NCBI GenBank assembly: GCA_000165425.1
Contig: CT868676.1
Span: forward strand, 252,981-316,980
Direction: 5' to 3'
Length of the DNA stretch: 64,000 nucleotides
Source of the DNA: Paramecium tetraurelia
Taxonomy: Eukaryota
Below the pieces are notes generated by a model. It was not told where the DNA came from and did not search any database. It saw nothing but the letters and a program-made list of their open reading frames with translations. Below are positions 15,286 through 28,931 of this stretch, piece by piece. How positions within the stretch are numbered: position 1 is the first letter of the stretch; each line of letters starts with the position of its first letter. Both the position numbers and the translations under genes were made by a program.

Positions 15286-16969
15286 TCACGGTATTTGATT
15301 GTGTGCCCATTTTCTAGCAAATAAAAAAGGGTCATTTTGATGTTTCACATTTTCTTGTAGAATGTCAATCAAAGTTTCAAAGTCTGGGTTTTATTCCTTT
15401 AAAACCACTTAACTCAACAAACTAACCAAATACATACTCAACAACTTACCCTAATCTTCCAACAAAGAGTTGAAGAAGATTTAAAATGTGTTATCCAAGG
15501 TAAAATTGAGAGTGTGCTCTATCTTCTAATAGTAAACGCTTAATTAATTCATCCATTGAGACAATTAGTCTTTTATTGTCTACGGTGCAAATGAATAAAA
15601 CGCTTTGGCTTTGATTGCCAACAGTTTTCTAAATAGAAAATTGCATTATTGTTTCTGTTCAGTAGAACAATCCATAGTTTTGATTAAATTTTCCAAAAAT
15701 AGACAAAAATAATATGTTGGTAAAACTATTGCTGGCAATTGAGTTAGCTACATTTTCAATCTCATTGTTTTTGGTCTGTTGCTATTATTTGCAGTAGAAA
15801 AGGAGCATTCAGTTGATTATTAACCTAAGACTTCACGATTCTTTTTAGTTGAAGTTTGAGAAAATACTTTAGGCTGATCTTCCATTGTGTTGAAATCAGA
15901 CACAGAATTCATCTTGGTTTGGACATCTTTGTATTTATTTAAACTCAAGAATTTTAAAGAATCAAACGTTTATGCTTTGGTGTGAGTTTAAACCTTTTTT
16001 TGGTACTTTTATCTGTTGCTTTCAAGAGTGTTTACTTATTTTGGGGTTGATAGTGGAGAACTCAGATTGGATTGTACACCAAAGGATGGTACTTTGATAA
16101 ATTGCTATTGAATTCTTGGAGATACAGTTTCTGCTTTATCTTACATTATATAGTTTAGAATCTAGTTGATATTCTCTCGATTATTGGGTTCTGTTTATAA
16201 CATAGCAAACAGCAATTATTTAATTATGCTTTGGTATTAGAGATCTACTTTCTGTGATTTTTTTAGTATGTCATTGTGGAGAACCTTGATATCAGATTTG
16301 TAAGGGGGAATGCAATTAAAGATGAGTTCATAGGTCATGATGCCGAGTGCCCATATGTCACTCTTTTCAGAATATTGGTTATTTAGTAGAATTTCAGGAG
16401 CCATGTAGAGTGGAGTGCCAACGTTGAATCTTTTGATTATGCTTTCTATTTGATCTTCGATGAGTGCAAATCCAAAGTCAGCTAGTTTGTACACATTCTC
16501 GTGGATTAGTATGTTGGCAGGCTTCAGATCTCTGTGGATGATTTCTAAGGTAAAATTCTTCGTTATTACTTTTATTGTGCAGAGCTTGTATTCCCAACGA
16601 GATTTGTTTTAGGATTTAGAAGACTTTGGAGATTGGCAATTCATTTTATTTCATCTGAAGTTCCAGGGTTCCTCCATTGCAAAACTCAGTTACTATATAT
16701 GTATTATTGGCACTTTGACTAACTTCAAACACTTTCATTAAATGAGGGTGGTCAATTCTGAGCAGGATGGAGATTTCATTTTTTAGTAAAGATTTTTAGA
16801 TTGGAGAGGTGTATGTCTAAGAACTAATAACTTTGATTGCCACTATTTATTTGTTTTTTAAATTTTCTCCCAAATACACTTTGGAGGAATATCCAGATCC
16901 TATTTCTTTATTTAAATCAAAAGCGTAATCACCTATTTGTTTTATTTTGGTTTCACTCTTGCTATTCAT
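15286..16969 (-). CDS. Ser/Thr protein kinase, ULK/ATG1-like
   Basis: IGSGYSSKVYLG, VAIK, EFCNGGTL, IHRDLKPAN, LADFGFA, GTPLYMAPE, KSDIWALG. Confidence 0.9.
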
Positions 16970-17235
16970 TTTATAATCGAAGTTTACCGACTAAGATTTA
17001 TAAATTATATTAATAAAGGAATATTAATATAAGAAAAGTGAGTATTGTAGAAAAGTGCATAGATTACAATCCTAGAATCTCAACCAATTGATGGCCCATT
17101 GAAAAGGAGACTAGTTCTACCTTCAATATGTGAGAGTTAGTCTGTAGGCTCAAAATTATTTATTGCAATTGGGAATAATCTGAATGAGTTATTATTATTC
17201 GACAAAAAAACAAACATAAATAAATATATAATTTT

Positions 17236-18924
17236 ATGGGTTCGTGCAGTGGTTAACCTAAGAGAACAACTCATTAAAAAACAGAGAGTCTGACTACTTT
17301 TCATAAGACTTAGGAGGTTTCAACAATAAAATCAAACAAAAGTTTTAAGAAATAGAGAACAGACTTTAAGGTTGCTCCAAGTATATTTGTGTCCTAGAAG
17401 AATGGGGATATATCCTAATATTATGAGATAGAATCCACTTTAGGCGAAGGTAAGAAGATTGTTGATCTAAAGGAACTTTTGGGCGAGTGAGTTTGGTTAA
17501 GCAGAAATCAACCAAAATTCTCAGGGCGATGAAATAGATTGCTAAGGACAGGATCTTAGCCAGTCAAAGAGAAAAGATGATTCAAGAAGTAAATATATTG
17601 AAAGGTCTTGATCATCCAAACATTGTGAATATTTATGAGCTTTATCAAGATGAACGCTATTATTACTTGATAACTGAGTAAATAGAGATGATTAATCAAG
17701 ATATTTGAGTGGAGGAGAGTTGTTCGATCGGATCTAATAACGGAGCAATTTAAATGAGAGCATGGCTGCTAATTATATGAAATAAATATTAAGTGCCGTG
17801 AATTATTGTCATTAGAGTAACATAGTTCATAGGTAATAAGTAAATAACGATTAGGGATTTAAAACCAGAAAACATATTATTTGCTTAAAGAGGATCTGAA
17901 CAAACCCTTAAAATCATTGATTTTGGCACTGCCAAGCAGGTCCTCTCGAACACCCAACTGAAGCAAAAGACTGGAACACCCTATTATATAGCTCCCGAAG
18001 TGATAGATTAAAATTACAACAACAAATGCGATCTCTGGTCATGTGGAGTAATAATGTACATTATGATGTGTGGAAAGCCTCCATTTCATGGAACCAACAT
18101 AGAGGAACTCTATCGAAATATAAAATGTGGAAATGTTGATTTTACTGGTAATTTTATAATATAAAGAAATGATTAGGTTCAGAATGGCAAGATGTTTCGT
18201 AGGATGCTAAGACTTTTATTTCTAAACTCTTAGTAGTAGATCCTGCCAAGCGAATTTCAGCAGAATAAGCATTAAAAGAACCTTGGATTGTAAGCAATAA
18301 AAGAGAGGAAAAAATCAATATAAAAAATCTAGAAAATCTTTCTTAATTTCATGTATTTTGACTAGTTTAATATAATTAAGAATAATAGCAAATTAGGCTC
18401 AGCAATTTTGCAATTGATTTCAACTCAGATAATGACTTCGAAGGAGAAGAAAGAATTGATACAAGGGTTTAGTGCCATAGACAAAAATGGTGATGGTAAA
18501 TTGAGTAAAGAAGAATTAGTTTAATGTAAACAATAAGTTCATAGAATTAGGCTATATGGATTTATATCAGGATGAAATAAAATGCAATTAAATAGTGAAC
18601 AAGATCTTCAAGTACTCTGATGTCGACTGCTCAGGAACCATAGAATATACAGGTAAAGAGAGTTAATAATAAATAGAGTTTATTGTAGCGTATTCGGAGT
18701 TGTCAAATTTAATGGCTCAGGAGAAACTTGAAAAGGCTTTTAAACTATTTGACAAGGATGGAAATGGAACCATTAGTAAATAGGAACTTCAAGAGATATT
18801 CGGTGGATTAGCCTTATAGGAAAACCAATGGGAAAATGTTTTTTCCGAATTGGATACTAATGGGGATGGGATGGTGACATTCTAAGAATTTACACAACTA
18901 TTGATGAAAGACAACAATAAATGA
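17236..18924 (+). CDS. calcium-dependent protein kinase (CDPK)
   Basis: MGSC start, kinase core ([22 protein letters not shown]), four EF hands ([36 protein letters not shown]). Confidence 0.96.
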
Positions 18925-18980
18925 AAAATCGGAGAATAAAAATGTTAAATTTTTTTCCTTTAATAATATTAATTATATTT

Positions 18981-20467
18981 ATGTAAGATCTTAGGTGTAC
19001 GACTGCTGATCATAACAAAAAAAAGTTTGTATCCATTACTCTTCAGAACGAGGCTGAAAAAAGACTGTTCTGCTTTCAGTGTTAAAGTGATGCTAGTGGT
19101 GCAGATTTTACAAAATCGCAAATAGTAAGCAAACTTAAACTTTGCGATTTGGATGAAGTTATGGAAGGAAATGCCTATTCTGTATACAATTGGCCAGCTG
19201 ATGATGAAGGTAACAAAGTCAAGGAATTCCTCCTTTAATATAAGGTAACTATTGAATGTAACTTTCTTTAGAGCGTCGAATAATAAAGGAAGGATGTTGA
19301 GGATTTCTTCGTTTAGATGAAAGCCAAATTGAATGAGTAAGTGGAGAATGTCAAACAACTATTGGTGGAAGCACTTAATGCAACTTAATTCATTAAGGAT
19401 GAAAAACTAAAATAGGAGGAGCCAGAGAAGAAGGATGCCAAAAAAGATGACAAAAAGGAGACTAAGAAGGATGATAAGAAGGAAACAAAGAAGGATGATA
19501 AGAAAGATACAAAAAAGGATGACAAAAAGGAAGAGAAGAAAGATCTTAAGAAAGAAGGTATTTTTGATCCCTAAATCAAATAGACGAGGAATTGGATTAA
19601 ACACCAAGCATTGAAAACCTTAAGAAAAATTATGATGCCATCTATGATCTTACTAAAATCAAGACACTAATCAAGGAAAATGCTAAGAGTGATCCAAATC
19701 TCTTGAGTGCCAAAATCAATGAATACTTAAACGATAAAAGAAGATCTGAGTAAATCATTAACATGAGAAAAGTGTTCTAAGGACTCATGTCAGGGAAAAA
19801 TGGATTCAATTAGATAGCATCCAACAAGCAGTCCTTAGAAAGTTATTGGGAATAAATTTAATCTAGCATCTAACAATGGCCTGTATTCATTTCCATTAAT
19901 CTCATATTAGTATAAATTTGGGAGACTCCAATGGAAATTCAACCCTTCTAAGGCTGATGAGTCCAAGCAAATCAAATAGTTGGCAGAAGACTATAAAGAA
20001 TGTGCTGGAGCTGGATTTCAATCTTAAATTATTTATTCTGAAGCAAGTTTTAGTGAAGGACAACATGGTTGTATAATCTTATTTAAAGAATTCGATCAAA
20101 AGAGAGCTGGAGCTAATGGGAACTTCTATGTAGGTGTTGTAGAGGAAGAGTAAAAAGACAAGTCTCCTTATGGTCATGGCTATAGAAAAGACTTGTTTAG
20201 TCAAAATGGAGCAGGATTGAATGTAAGAATTGGAACTGATTTCAATAATGTATTTAAAGTAAGACTCAATAAATAACAGTTTAGATGCCTCCAAAACTGT
20301 TGGCTGTTAAATTGGATGTCGATAACAACTACTTTGAAGTCTGCGATGGCAAACGGACAGTGGTTTATGGGTTGGATAAGGAAAGCAAATTGAAGGAGAA
20401 AAAGTGGAGAATCTATTTCTGGTGGAATTTAGCGGCTGATAGAATCTAGTTAATTCACAGTTATTGA
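18981..20467 (+). CDS. protein with N-terminal Cys/His motif, coiled coil, KKDD repeat and beta-rich (SPRY-like) C-terminus
   Basis: MQDLRCTTADH...LFCFQC...YNWP. Central (KKDD/KKET)n. C-terminal FYVGVV...LLAVKLDVDNNYFEV...WRIYFWW. Domain names are inference. Confidence 0.7.
19425..19545 (+). repeat. coding 12-nt tandem repeat (Lys-Lys-Asp/Glu-X)n
   Basis: Translates EKKDAKKDDKKETKKDDKKETKKDDKKDTKKDDKKEEKKD. Confidence 0.9.
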
Positions 20468-20537
20468 GCCAAGTTTATTTTATTAACCAAATAATATAGT
20501 TTTAAATTTATTCAAACCGTCCAAACCTACATATTGT

Positions 20538-21801
20538 ATGTTTAAGTAATCTAAATAAGTAAGTCCATCCCTCTATCCTTAGAATCCATAGAATTCTTTC
20601 AATAAACTATTCAATGTATAAACTTCTGCAACCTAAAAACCAAAAATTGATGTTGTGTCTAGAATATCAAAACCCCTCCAGAATATATCCAATGTTCCAA
20701 CTCGTAGATAAGAGGATTAAACCAAGAAAACCTAAGCAAAATCCCCTTTAAAATAGACATTTCAAAAGAACTCTCATCGAAATAAATCATGCATATAAAA
20801 TTCGGATGAGAAACTCATTCCAAAAATGAATGAGAAGGAAAAATCTCCCCTCTAAAAAAGCATTAAGACATCTGAATTGTCATAATCTGAAAGGCCATTG
20901 ACACAATAATAATAGCCAATTGATTCAAAAAGTAATGAACCAAATTAACAAATTACAAATGTATAAAGTGACATGAAATCATAATAGAATTTAAATCAAT
21001 AAGAGGTTCCTGTTTTATAAAAATAATAATCTAAGCTTTTAATTTAATCTAATTAACCAAAATCTTTGAATAATTAATAATAATAATAAAAATTAAGTAG
21101 ACCAAAAACCGCAACACAGTCTTAATTATAATTGAAATAGACAACCCATTAAGATTAATAAGTAAAGCCTACCTAATAGCATTAATTAACAAAGACAATC
21201 CATTAAACAAAGTCATAGGAAACCTTGAATAAAAAATAAGAACAACCAATCAAAACTAGATAGCAACAAAAAATTTTAAAAGGGGAATTGAGATTCTAGG
21301 ATAAACTTTACGAATGTACAGAAGGGTGTGGAAGATCATTTAATGCGTATGCTTTAGAAAGGCATTCTAAGGTATGAGAAGAGAAATAAAATTTAATAGA
21401 TTTGCAAGAAGGTGTTTCAGCAGAAGAGAAAGGTGTTCAATTCTTCGAAGTAGAGAGTGATAGATGTGGAGAATAATGGACAAGGGAGAGGAATTCCAGT
21501 GAAGAGGCAATTGCAAATGCAGACAACAAAAGAAGAGTAGAAGTAAGGGGAGGTGAAAAATGAGAAACCGAATTGGAAGGCTCAGAGTGAAGCCTTAAGA
21601 GCGATAATTAGATAGGCTAAGGGGCGGAAATTGGGGGAGGAGGTATCGTTTAGTGAGGGTGGGGAGAGTGTTGAGGGTTTGGTGTAAGACAGGATTTGCA
21701 GCAGGAAGTTTAGTGTGGAGACGGTTAGGCAACAAGGAGTATTTTGGGAGAGAAAAGCACAAGAGTGTGGAAAGAGTGGGATGTAAAAGAAAAAGAAATG
21801 A
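20538..21801 (+). CDS. C2HC zinc-finger protein (ZC2HC1-like)
   Basis: Q-rich N-terminus; ECTEGCGRSFNAYALERHSKICKKVFQQKRKVF; KPNWKAQSEALRAIIRQAK. Second finger degenerate. Confidence 0.85.
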
Positions 21802-21871
21802 TTATTTTAATTTTTAACAACTTATGAGAGGGAAGATTACTTAATAAAATAACATTTCATTTGAGATAAAA

Positions 21872-23794
21872 ATGCGTTATCCGATGACCAACAAGCACTC
21901 GTCTCCATCGGGATCGCCAAGGAAGAGGTTGTTTTCAGCGAAGAGAGTGGGAAGTAAGGAACAACAATAACAGAAATGCAAAGTTACTGCTTCTATAAAA
22001 ACTGGATCATCGATAGAAACATTAAAGGAAGTGTTATTGAAACAGACACAACTGAGTAATAAGCATGCGAACAACTTGAATTATTTTGTGCAGAATAACA
22101 AGAGAGAGAGTTAGAATAAATTGGATACGAAGACGAGTGATTCCACAGAGAGAGTAAATATACGACAAGGCACATTGTCTAAGGAAAAAACAACAATTTC
22201 TGAATTGACAACAAAAAAAACTAGTATAACCAGAAGTGAGTTTGAATGGAATAAATGTTAATTGCCCCTTACTCCCCAGGTTTGTTTGGCTAAGTACGGT
22301 TACGCATTGACGGAATTTGAAAAGACCGAGATTCTGACATTTAAGAGAGTATGATTTGTTATGTATGATTAGATTTATTGTATAGGAATAAATGCCAAGA
22401 AAATATCATAAACATAAAATAATTTCAATGACGGATTCGACAACTCCCAAGGAGAATACCTCTATGCATTGCATGATCACATTGGTTATAGATATGAATT
22501 GTTGGAACATGTAGGATCTGGCAGTTTTGGACAAGCATTCAAAGTCTTTGATCACAAGAGACAACAAGTCCTCTGTTTGAAAGTCATCAGAAACCAGAAG
22601 AAGTTCTAGAATCAAGCTTTGGTTGAGTTGAACATCCTCTCCTTCATCCGAGACAAGGATGAGGAGAACATCACAAACATAGTCAAAATCAAAGACTTTG
22701 TGATCTTCAGAAATCACGTGGTAACAACGATTAATCTATATATTCATAGTGCATAATATGTGAACTCTTGTCACTGAATTTGTACGAACTCATTAAGAAT
22801 AACAACTACCAAGGCTTATCATTAGAACTCATCCGTAGATTTGCCATTCAAATACTCAACGCCCTCAACTTTCTGTACAAACATAAGATTATCCATTGCG
22901 ATCTCAAACCAGAGAACATCCTCTTAAAGTAACCCAACAAGAGTGGCATCAAGATAATTGATTTCGGCAGCAGTTGCTTTGAAAATGAAAGAATCTATAG
23001 TTACATCTAATCCAGATATTACAGAGCTCCAGAAGTCATTTTTGGCATTCCATATGACATGGGTATAGACATGTGGAGCTTTGGGTGTATAATGGCTGAG
23101 TTGTACATAGGTTATCCTATTTTTCCTGGTGAGAATGAACAAGAACAAATTGCTTATATTATGGAAGTCAAGGGAGTCCCAGATCAATCCTTGATTGAGG
23201 TATAATTACATCCACATTATTCCATAGAAAGCTACCAGGAAGAAACACTTTTTCACTTCCAGTACACCTTATCAGCCATTGCCTTATAAGAGTAAGAGAG
23301 GTAAAGTAAGAGTTCCCAAATCAAAAGACCTATAATAAGTCATGAAATGTCAGGATAAATTGTTCATTGACTTTCTGGATAATTGTTTCAATTGGGATCC
23401 TCAGTAAAGAATGAAACCCATAGATGCTTTGATGCATTAATGGATTCTGGAGGGATTACCCAAAGAGATACGATCACAACACATCAAATATTTAGAATCC
23501 GAACAGATGACTTAAAAGGTGTTCTTTAAAAATAATGAAACTATTCGCCATCATCACATCTCTGAACCTGAAATGGAAAAAAAGAAATCCAGCAGTAGTT
23601 ATAGTTAGAAGAAGTCGAAGGACAAAGATATAACTCTCACTCTCTATGGAAATCTTAATAATGACACTACTCCACAAAACAAGCGCATTCTATCATAATC
23701 ATTTCATACGTCCAAAAATGGAAGTAATTAAAAGTATTAACAGTATTTTCCTGGAACAACAAAAAATTAACCCTTAAAATACAAGTTTTATTGA
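21872..23794 (+). CDS. DYRK-family dual-specificity kinase (DYRK2 class)
   Basis: DH-box-like [46 protein letters not shown]. Confidence 0.95.
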
Positions 23795-23867
23795 ATTTAA
23801 ATATATATATATATCTATTTTACACTAAAAATAATAATCAAAGTTGTGATTAGTATTATTAATTTTA

Positions 23868-26606
23868 ATGATAATTAAATATGGTTTTACTTCAACAGGT
23901 AGAAAGATAGCCAAAATACTTAGAGATGTCGATAAAGATTATTCCAAAGTGTATAAAGCTCAACTCGAGAAAATGAAGATTAGGAATCTGTCTAAAAAGT
24001 ACATCAATATACAGGATTCATCATAAAAGATTTAGCATTTGACTAAACCTTATAATCTCAACAAATATATCAAATAGCAATACAAGAAGACCATAGATAA
24101 AGTGATTGATAAGGAAGTTGGTAGAATGGATAGACAAGAAGTGGAGGACAAAAAATTGAAATGGGTGGAAAATGCATATATGACAGAGGAAGTGAAAAAA
24201 TTTGAAAAATTGTTATTCCAAAAAAATGAACGTCTCAGACTCATTAAATAAGAAGATAATCGAGTTCATAATCATCTGCCTCCATAATATTTGCAAGAGC
24301 AAGGTGAAACTGAATATTTGCAATTGAATTCCCAACATCAATAATATAAGTCCACATTACATCAATTGCACAATTAAAGAATTACAGAAATGAGAGAAAA
24401 TGTTAGGAATCCATACGGGTTTTTAATCAAAAGCCAATTATTAGTTTAGTATCCAAACCTAAAGTAAACAATAGAATCTCATCTACCAAAACTAGAGAAT
24501 AACTAAGTAGATGAATTTGTAGACGAACTCAAATCTCAAGTTGATTCCAGCACCAGTCTCATTGATTGGGATGCTGTTAAGTAGTTTTATGTAGGAATGT
24601 AGCAATAGAGAGACAATTCATTGATTACTTTTTCGCAACATTAATCTAGTGTAAATGTGATTCATAATTACTAAAATTATTTGATGGATAAATTCTACAA
24701 TAATTCACTCTAAATGAGAACAAGGGGATAGATTTAGTTTGCAGATCTAACTGAAGAAGAATGTGTCAGATATATTAAATATGACATAAGCACACCTGAA
24801 ATCTTAATGAGATTGATCTCTACAATGGATTAAATTCCTGATCAATTTACTCCCAAAATCGCATCCTCAATCTTACAAAAACTAGTGGTTGTCAAAAAAG
24901 ATCAGCTAGCTCTGTTATCAGATGATAGATACAGAGCCTTGTTGAATTACATTGCTAGATCTGAGTACGATGATCAAACCTTGGCATAAACCATCTTAGC
25001 ATTGAGTCTCTTACAACCCAAATCAATACAAACTGTCTATGACAAACTATCGTATCACTTGTATGATAATTTAGCAACTCAGCTGATTCCAAGAATTAAA
25101 TAACTATCCAACTCTTAATTTTCAATGATTGTAAGGAATTTTCATTCATTGCCATTGTCAAAAAATCTATAACTCTAAAACCTTCTAGTTTAGGATATCA
25201 TATAGAATAGAATCAATAATAATTTAAGTGTCTATGAGGCTGAGTCCTTCATATCATTTTTATCAAGACCTTTAATAAATGATTAAAGTCTTAGTATTGT
25301 TGTGTATAATTTAACCCAGTCTCTATTGTGTCAACCTAATTCAATCTTAGAAATCGATAGAGATACTTTAATGATCTTGTCTTCTACTCTTTTAAAATTA
25401 GAGGATAATAAATAGATTTCATCATTATTAAAGAGCAATTCCAAAATTCTGTAATCAGCAATAGAGTCTTGTGAATGCAGACATCTGGCTTAATTCTCGT
25501 TGCTTTTATCCAAGTTAGATGTTCATCGATCTCATGATTTGGTTTAATAAACTAAAAAGAGATTTGTTGAGATCCTAACCTACAGGAATAAGGAGTAAGA
25601 TGAATTTGATATTGCCATGACTATATCATCTTTGAGTCAAATAGATATCAAGATGATGTATCCCATTAGAAGAGTAAACGAAGTGATATTGCTCCAAACT
25701 GTATTTCATAGATACCCTTATAGTTACAAATCAGCCAACCATGTTCCCTATCAAAAATTAACGAGTCTTTTGAAATCATATGATAAAATGTTCTCAGAGA
25801 AAAGCCTGATCATCCTCTTTCACAGTCTAATAACCGTCGGTCATATCCATAAGGATGCCTTCCTATAATCACTTCAACAAGTCCAAGATACTCAGTACTT
25901 GTTCCCCCTATTAATCCAATTAAACACTTTGGATCACAACCTCGATCAAGTTGCTTCCAAATTTAATCAGCAAACCAATCCATCCATTCAAGGAGTTCTA
26001 TTCTATTTACAAGCCATGTTCTATTTTAATAAACTACAAGTTTCAGATTTGGAAAAGGTTGATCCAACACAAATTTAAGAATTGGACCAGACCAGTAAAT
26101 GCTTCTTGATGATGCTTGTCACTTCACTTCCAAAGTGTGAAATCGGATAATAGCTATACAATGAACTAATCCTTGCTTTAGATCCATAATACATTGAACA
26201 AAAATACTTGCTTCTAATGTCTAAAATTCAGTGCAACTATTAATAAGGGGAATTACAATTGTTACTAAATCAAATGAGATAATAGGCTACTCAAAGAAAT
26301 AGTGAAATTGGCATTGAAAAGTATCTGCCCCAATAAGTTATCCAATAAGTTGCCGACTTATTTACTAAACAAGGTTATTAAGTGCAGAAGAATGTGTTGT
26401 TTCCCTTATTCTAATCCGATTTATTGATTGATAATAAGATAGCATTCTAGTTCATTTCTGTAAATGAAATGATTGATTGTGGAGGCCAATTCTAATTTAC
26501 AGGAATTTAAAAGCTATTAAGAAGAAGAAGCAACGTAAATTACATCATTTACGAGGAATTCATCAGAAGTCAAGATCAATTTTAGTATCTAAAATAATTT
26601 TTATGA
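23868..26606 (+). CDS. large helical-repeat protein with C-terminal RAP-like domain, probably mitochondrial
   Basis: About 912 aa with no intron required. Basic N-terminus MIIKYGFTSTGRKIAK. C-terminus SDLLIDNKIAFQF...FTGIQKLLRR...IIYEEF...QYLKQFL resembles RAP. Confidence 0.65.
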
Positions 26607-26725
26607 TCAATTATAAATTGTGTGTTATTTAGGTTAAAATTACATAGTAAATTGCATTTTTTATTCAAATGAATTTCAATTCAAATTTAAACTACCCATT
26701 ATTTTGATTAAAATTATATATAATT

Positions 26726-27533
26726 TCACAGTCTCTTTATTTATTTCTTATAAAAGAGTTCGAAAAATACACTTGCACCAAATCCTCCTCCCATTGGACC
26801 ACCTACAAACACCCATAAGAATTCCATTCTCTACCTATCTCCTGTTTAAAATGATTAAAAGAGTTACAACGACACAGCCATTCCAGGGTTCAAACAACCT
26901 TAAATCGATTAAACCTTATATTCGTACCTCCAGAATGAAATGTAAATCCTCTCGAGAAGTACAACGCCAACGCTACTAGTACATAGGTTGTCATTGGTTA
27001 GCCTCCTGGGGTTAGTGTGGTTTCTGAGTCTGTCTATATTAGAATAAAAAGAATAAAGGTGAATGCTCCAAATGCCTCCCCACTCACATCTGAAAGTATC
27101 CAACTGTATTCTTAGCTCTTCACCTAAGGGCTATCAACCTCATTCAAAATCAAATAGCAACAGCAAGCTCCGCATAAAGCCCCAGTAAATTAGGCCAACC
27201 AATATAACACTGCCTATCCGAAATTTATTCTTCTTGAAAGTAGCATTGCCAAGGTAACCGCAGGGTTAACGTGCGCTCCTGAAAATGGAGCAGCCAAGCA
27301 CACAGAGGCAAAGAAAAACAAGGCCAAAAACTCATCGGAGCCTTGTGAGCATATTATCCTAATATTAAGAAATGCCCTTTTTACCCATAAGCAAACAAAG
27401 CCATTCCAAAAAACTCGAAAAGGAAGATACGCATCTCTTCTTTTGATTTCCCTTAGGTTGGAATGATATTTTTTATATCTGACTCTTAAGGTGTAAATTA
27501 AGTTCGTTTAATTATTTTGGTGTCTTGACTCAT
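26726..27533 (-). CDS. aquaporin / MIP channel
   Basis: FLFEFFGMALFAYG, FSGAHVNPAVTLAM, SGGCLNPGMAV, LWVFVGGPMGGG. Two introns. Confidence 0.95.
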
Positions 27534-27547
27534 AATAAAAATATATA

Positions 27548-28301
27548 TGAAATTAAATTTATTTATAACACAACCCTGTATAACACTTATCAATATTGAA
27601 ATCCAAAAACTCACAGCATTCTGGTTGCTTATTTTATACTGAGAATCACTCCTCCTAAGGTGTTTTTCCAATACAAATAAAATAAACACCATTGATGGAA
27701 TTAGCTTCAATCATTATGTAATTCTATCACTTTACTATGCGGAGTTTAAATCGAAGCTCTTTGAATATTCTAAAACTTAATAATTTAATTCTAAAATTGA
27801 AAGAATTTCTGAGAATTATTTAAATATTTTTTATTTATTCTGTTCCTAATTGATGAGAGGGCAAAAGTTAAATGTATTAATTATTGATTACCTTAAAAGC
27901 TTTACAAAGAAGAAATTTCTATCGTTTTTTAGAAGCCTGTTCAAATATCACCTCCATCCACTCCAGAAGAAATCTATACAATACAGCCAAAGGGCAGTCG
28001 AAACAACTTCTATAAAAAGAGCACAAATATGGAGTCAAGCAGCTCAAACTAATTAAAATATTTTCAACGCAATAACAATAATAATTCGCCTTAGTTTCCA
28101 AAAAGTCAGTCTCCAAAAAGGTTATGCGGATTATATGTTTCTCCTTTGAAATTGAAGAGAAATACTTTCGATAAGATTGAGAGCCCAATTAAATACGGTT
28201 ACCAAATAGAAGGGCAACTAAGCTATGTACTAAGGTTTTGCAAAAATATAAAAATAAGTATTTTGTATGATGCTTATTATCTCTACAAATACGGAATATG
28301 A
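27548..28301 (+). pseudogene. possible disrupted gene
   Basis: Coding-like segments (QISPPSTPEEIY...SQSPKRL...VSPLKLKR) lie in different frames with TGA interruptions. I could not build a clean model. Confidence 0.3.
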
Positions 28302-28931
28302 TTGATGTCTAATTTGTATAATTTCTTGAATTAGTTAATAAACACTCTTGTTTCAGAATGTCTAAAAATATTTAGGCTTCTTCAAACAATAAACACTATT
28401 TTATCAATTTTAATTAAAATTCAATATATATTTATTACTAAGTATTTTATCAAAACAGTCCAAATGGAAAATAACGAATCAGAAATAATTATCAATGGAT
28501 GTCCCACTTACTAACATAATTTAATAATAGTTATTTCTAAAAACAAGACACAATGATGAATCGAAATAAACATCAATTTTATTTTTGAATTGTCTTTTTA
28601 TATGTATAATTTTTCATAAACTAGAATACAATCAATACTGTTTATACGACAGTATACATTTACTCCATCAATATCATATTTTCTATAAATTACTATTTAA
28701 AATAATGTTAATTTAAATCAATCAATTATAATGAATTTGTGATTTAATTAAGATAATAACAATTATATGCTAATATGATCAAACAGTTTATAAACACTGT
28801 AAAGTAACGATTATTTTGATCTTTAACAACTAAAATTAACTCTGCAATAAAATTTCAATAAGATATTAATTTAAGTCAACCCATAAATTGCATTTCTGAT
28901 TAAGAATTTAATTATATAAATATGATAATTA

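Noticed and set aside
18969..24244. Many minus-strand ORFs in the supplied track (e.g. 19407-19607 hydrophobic, 22406-22717)
   Set aside because: They are antisense shadows of well-supported plus-strand genes. The hydrophobic ORF is simply the reverse of the KKDD repeat.
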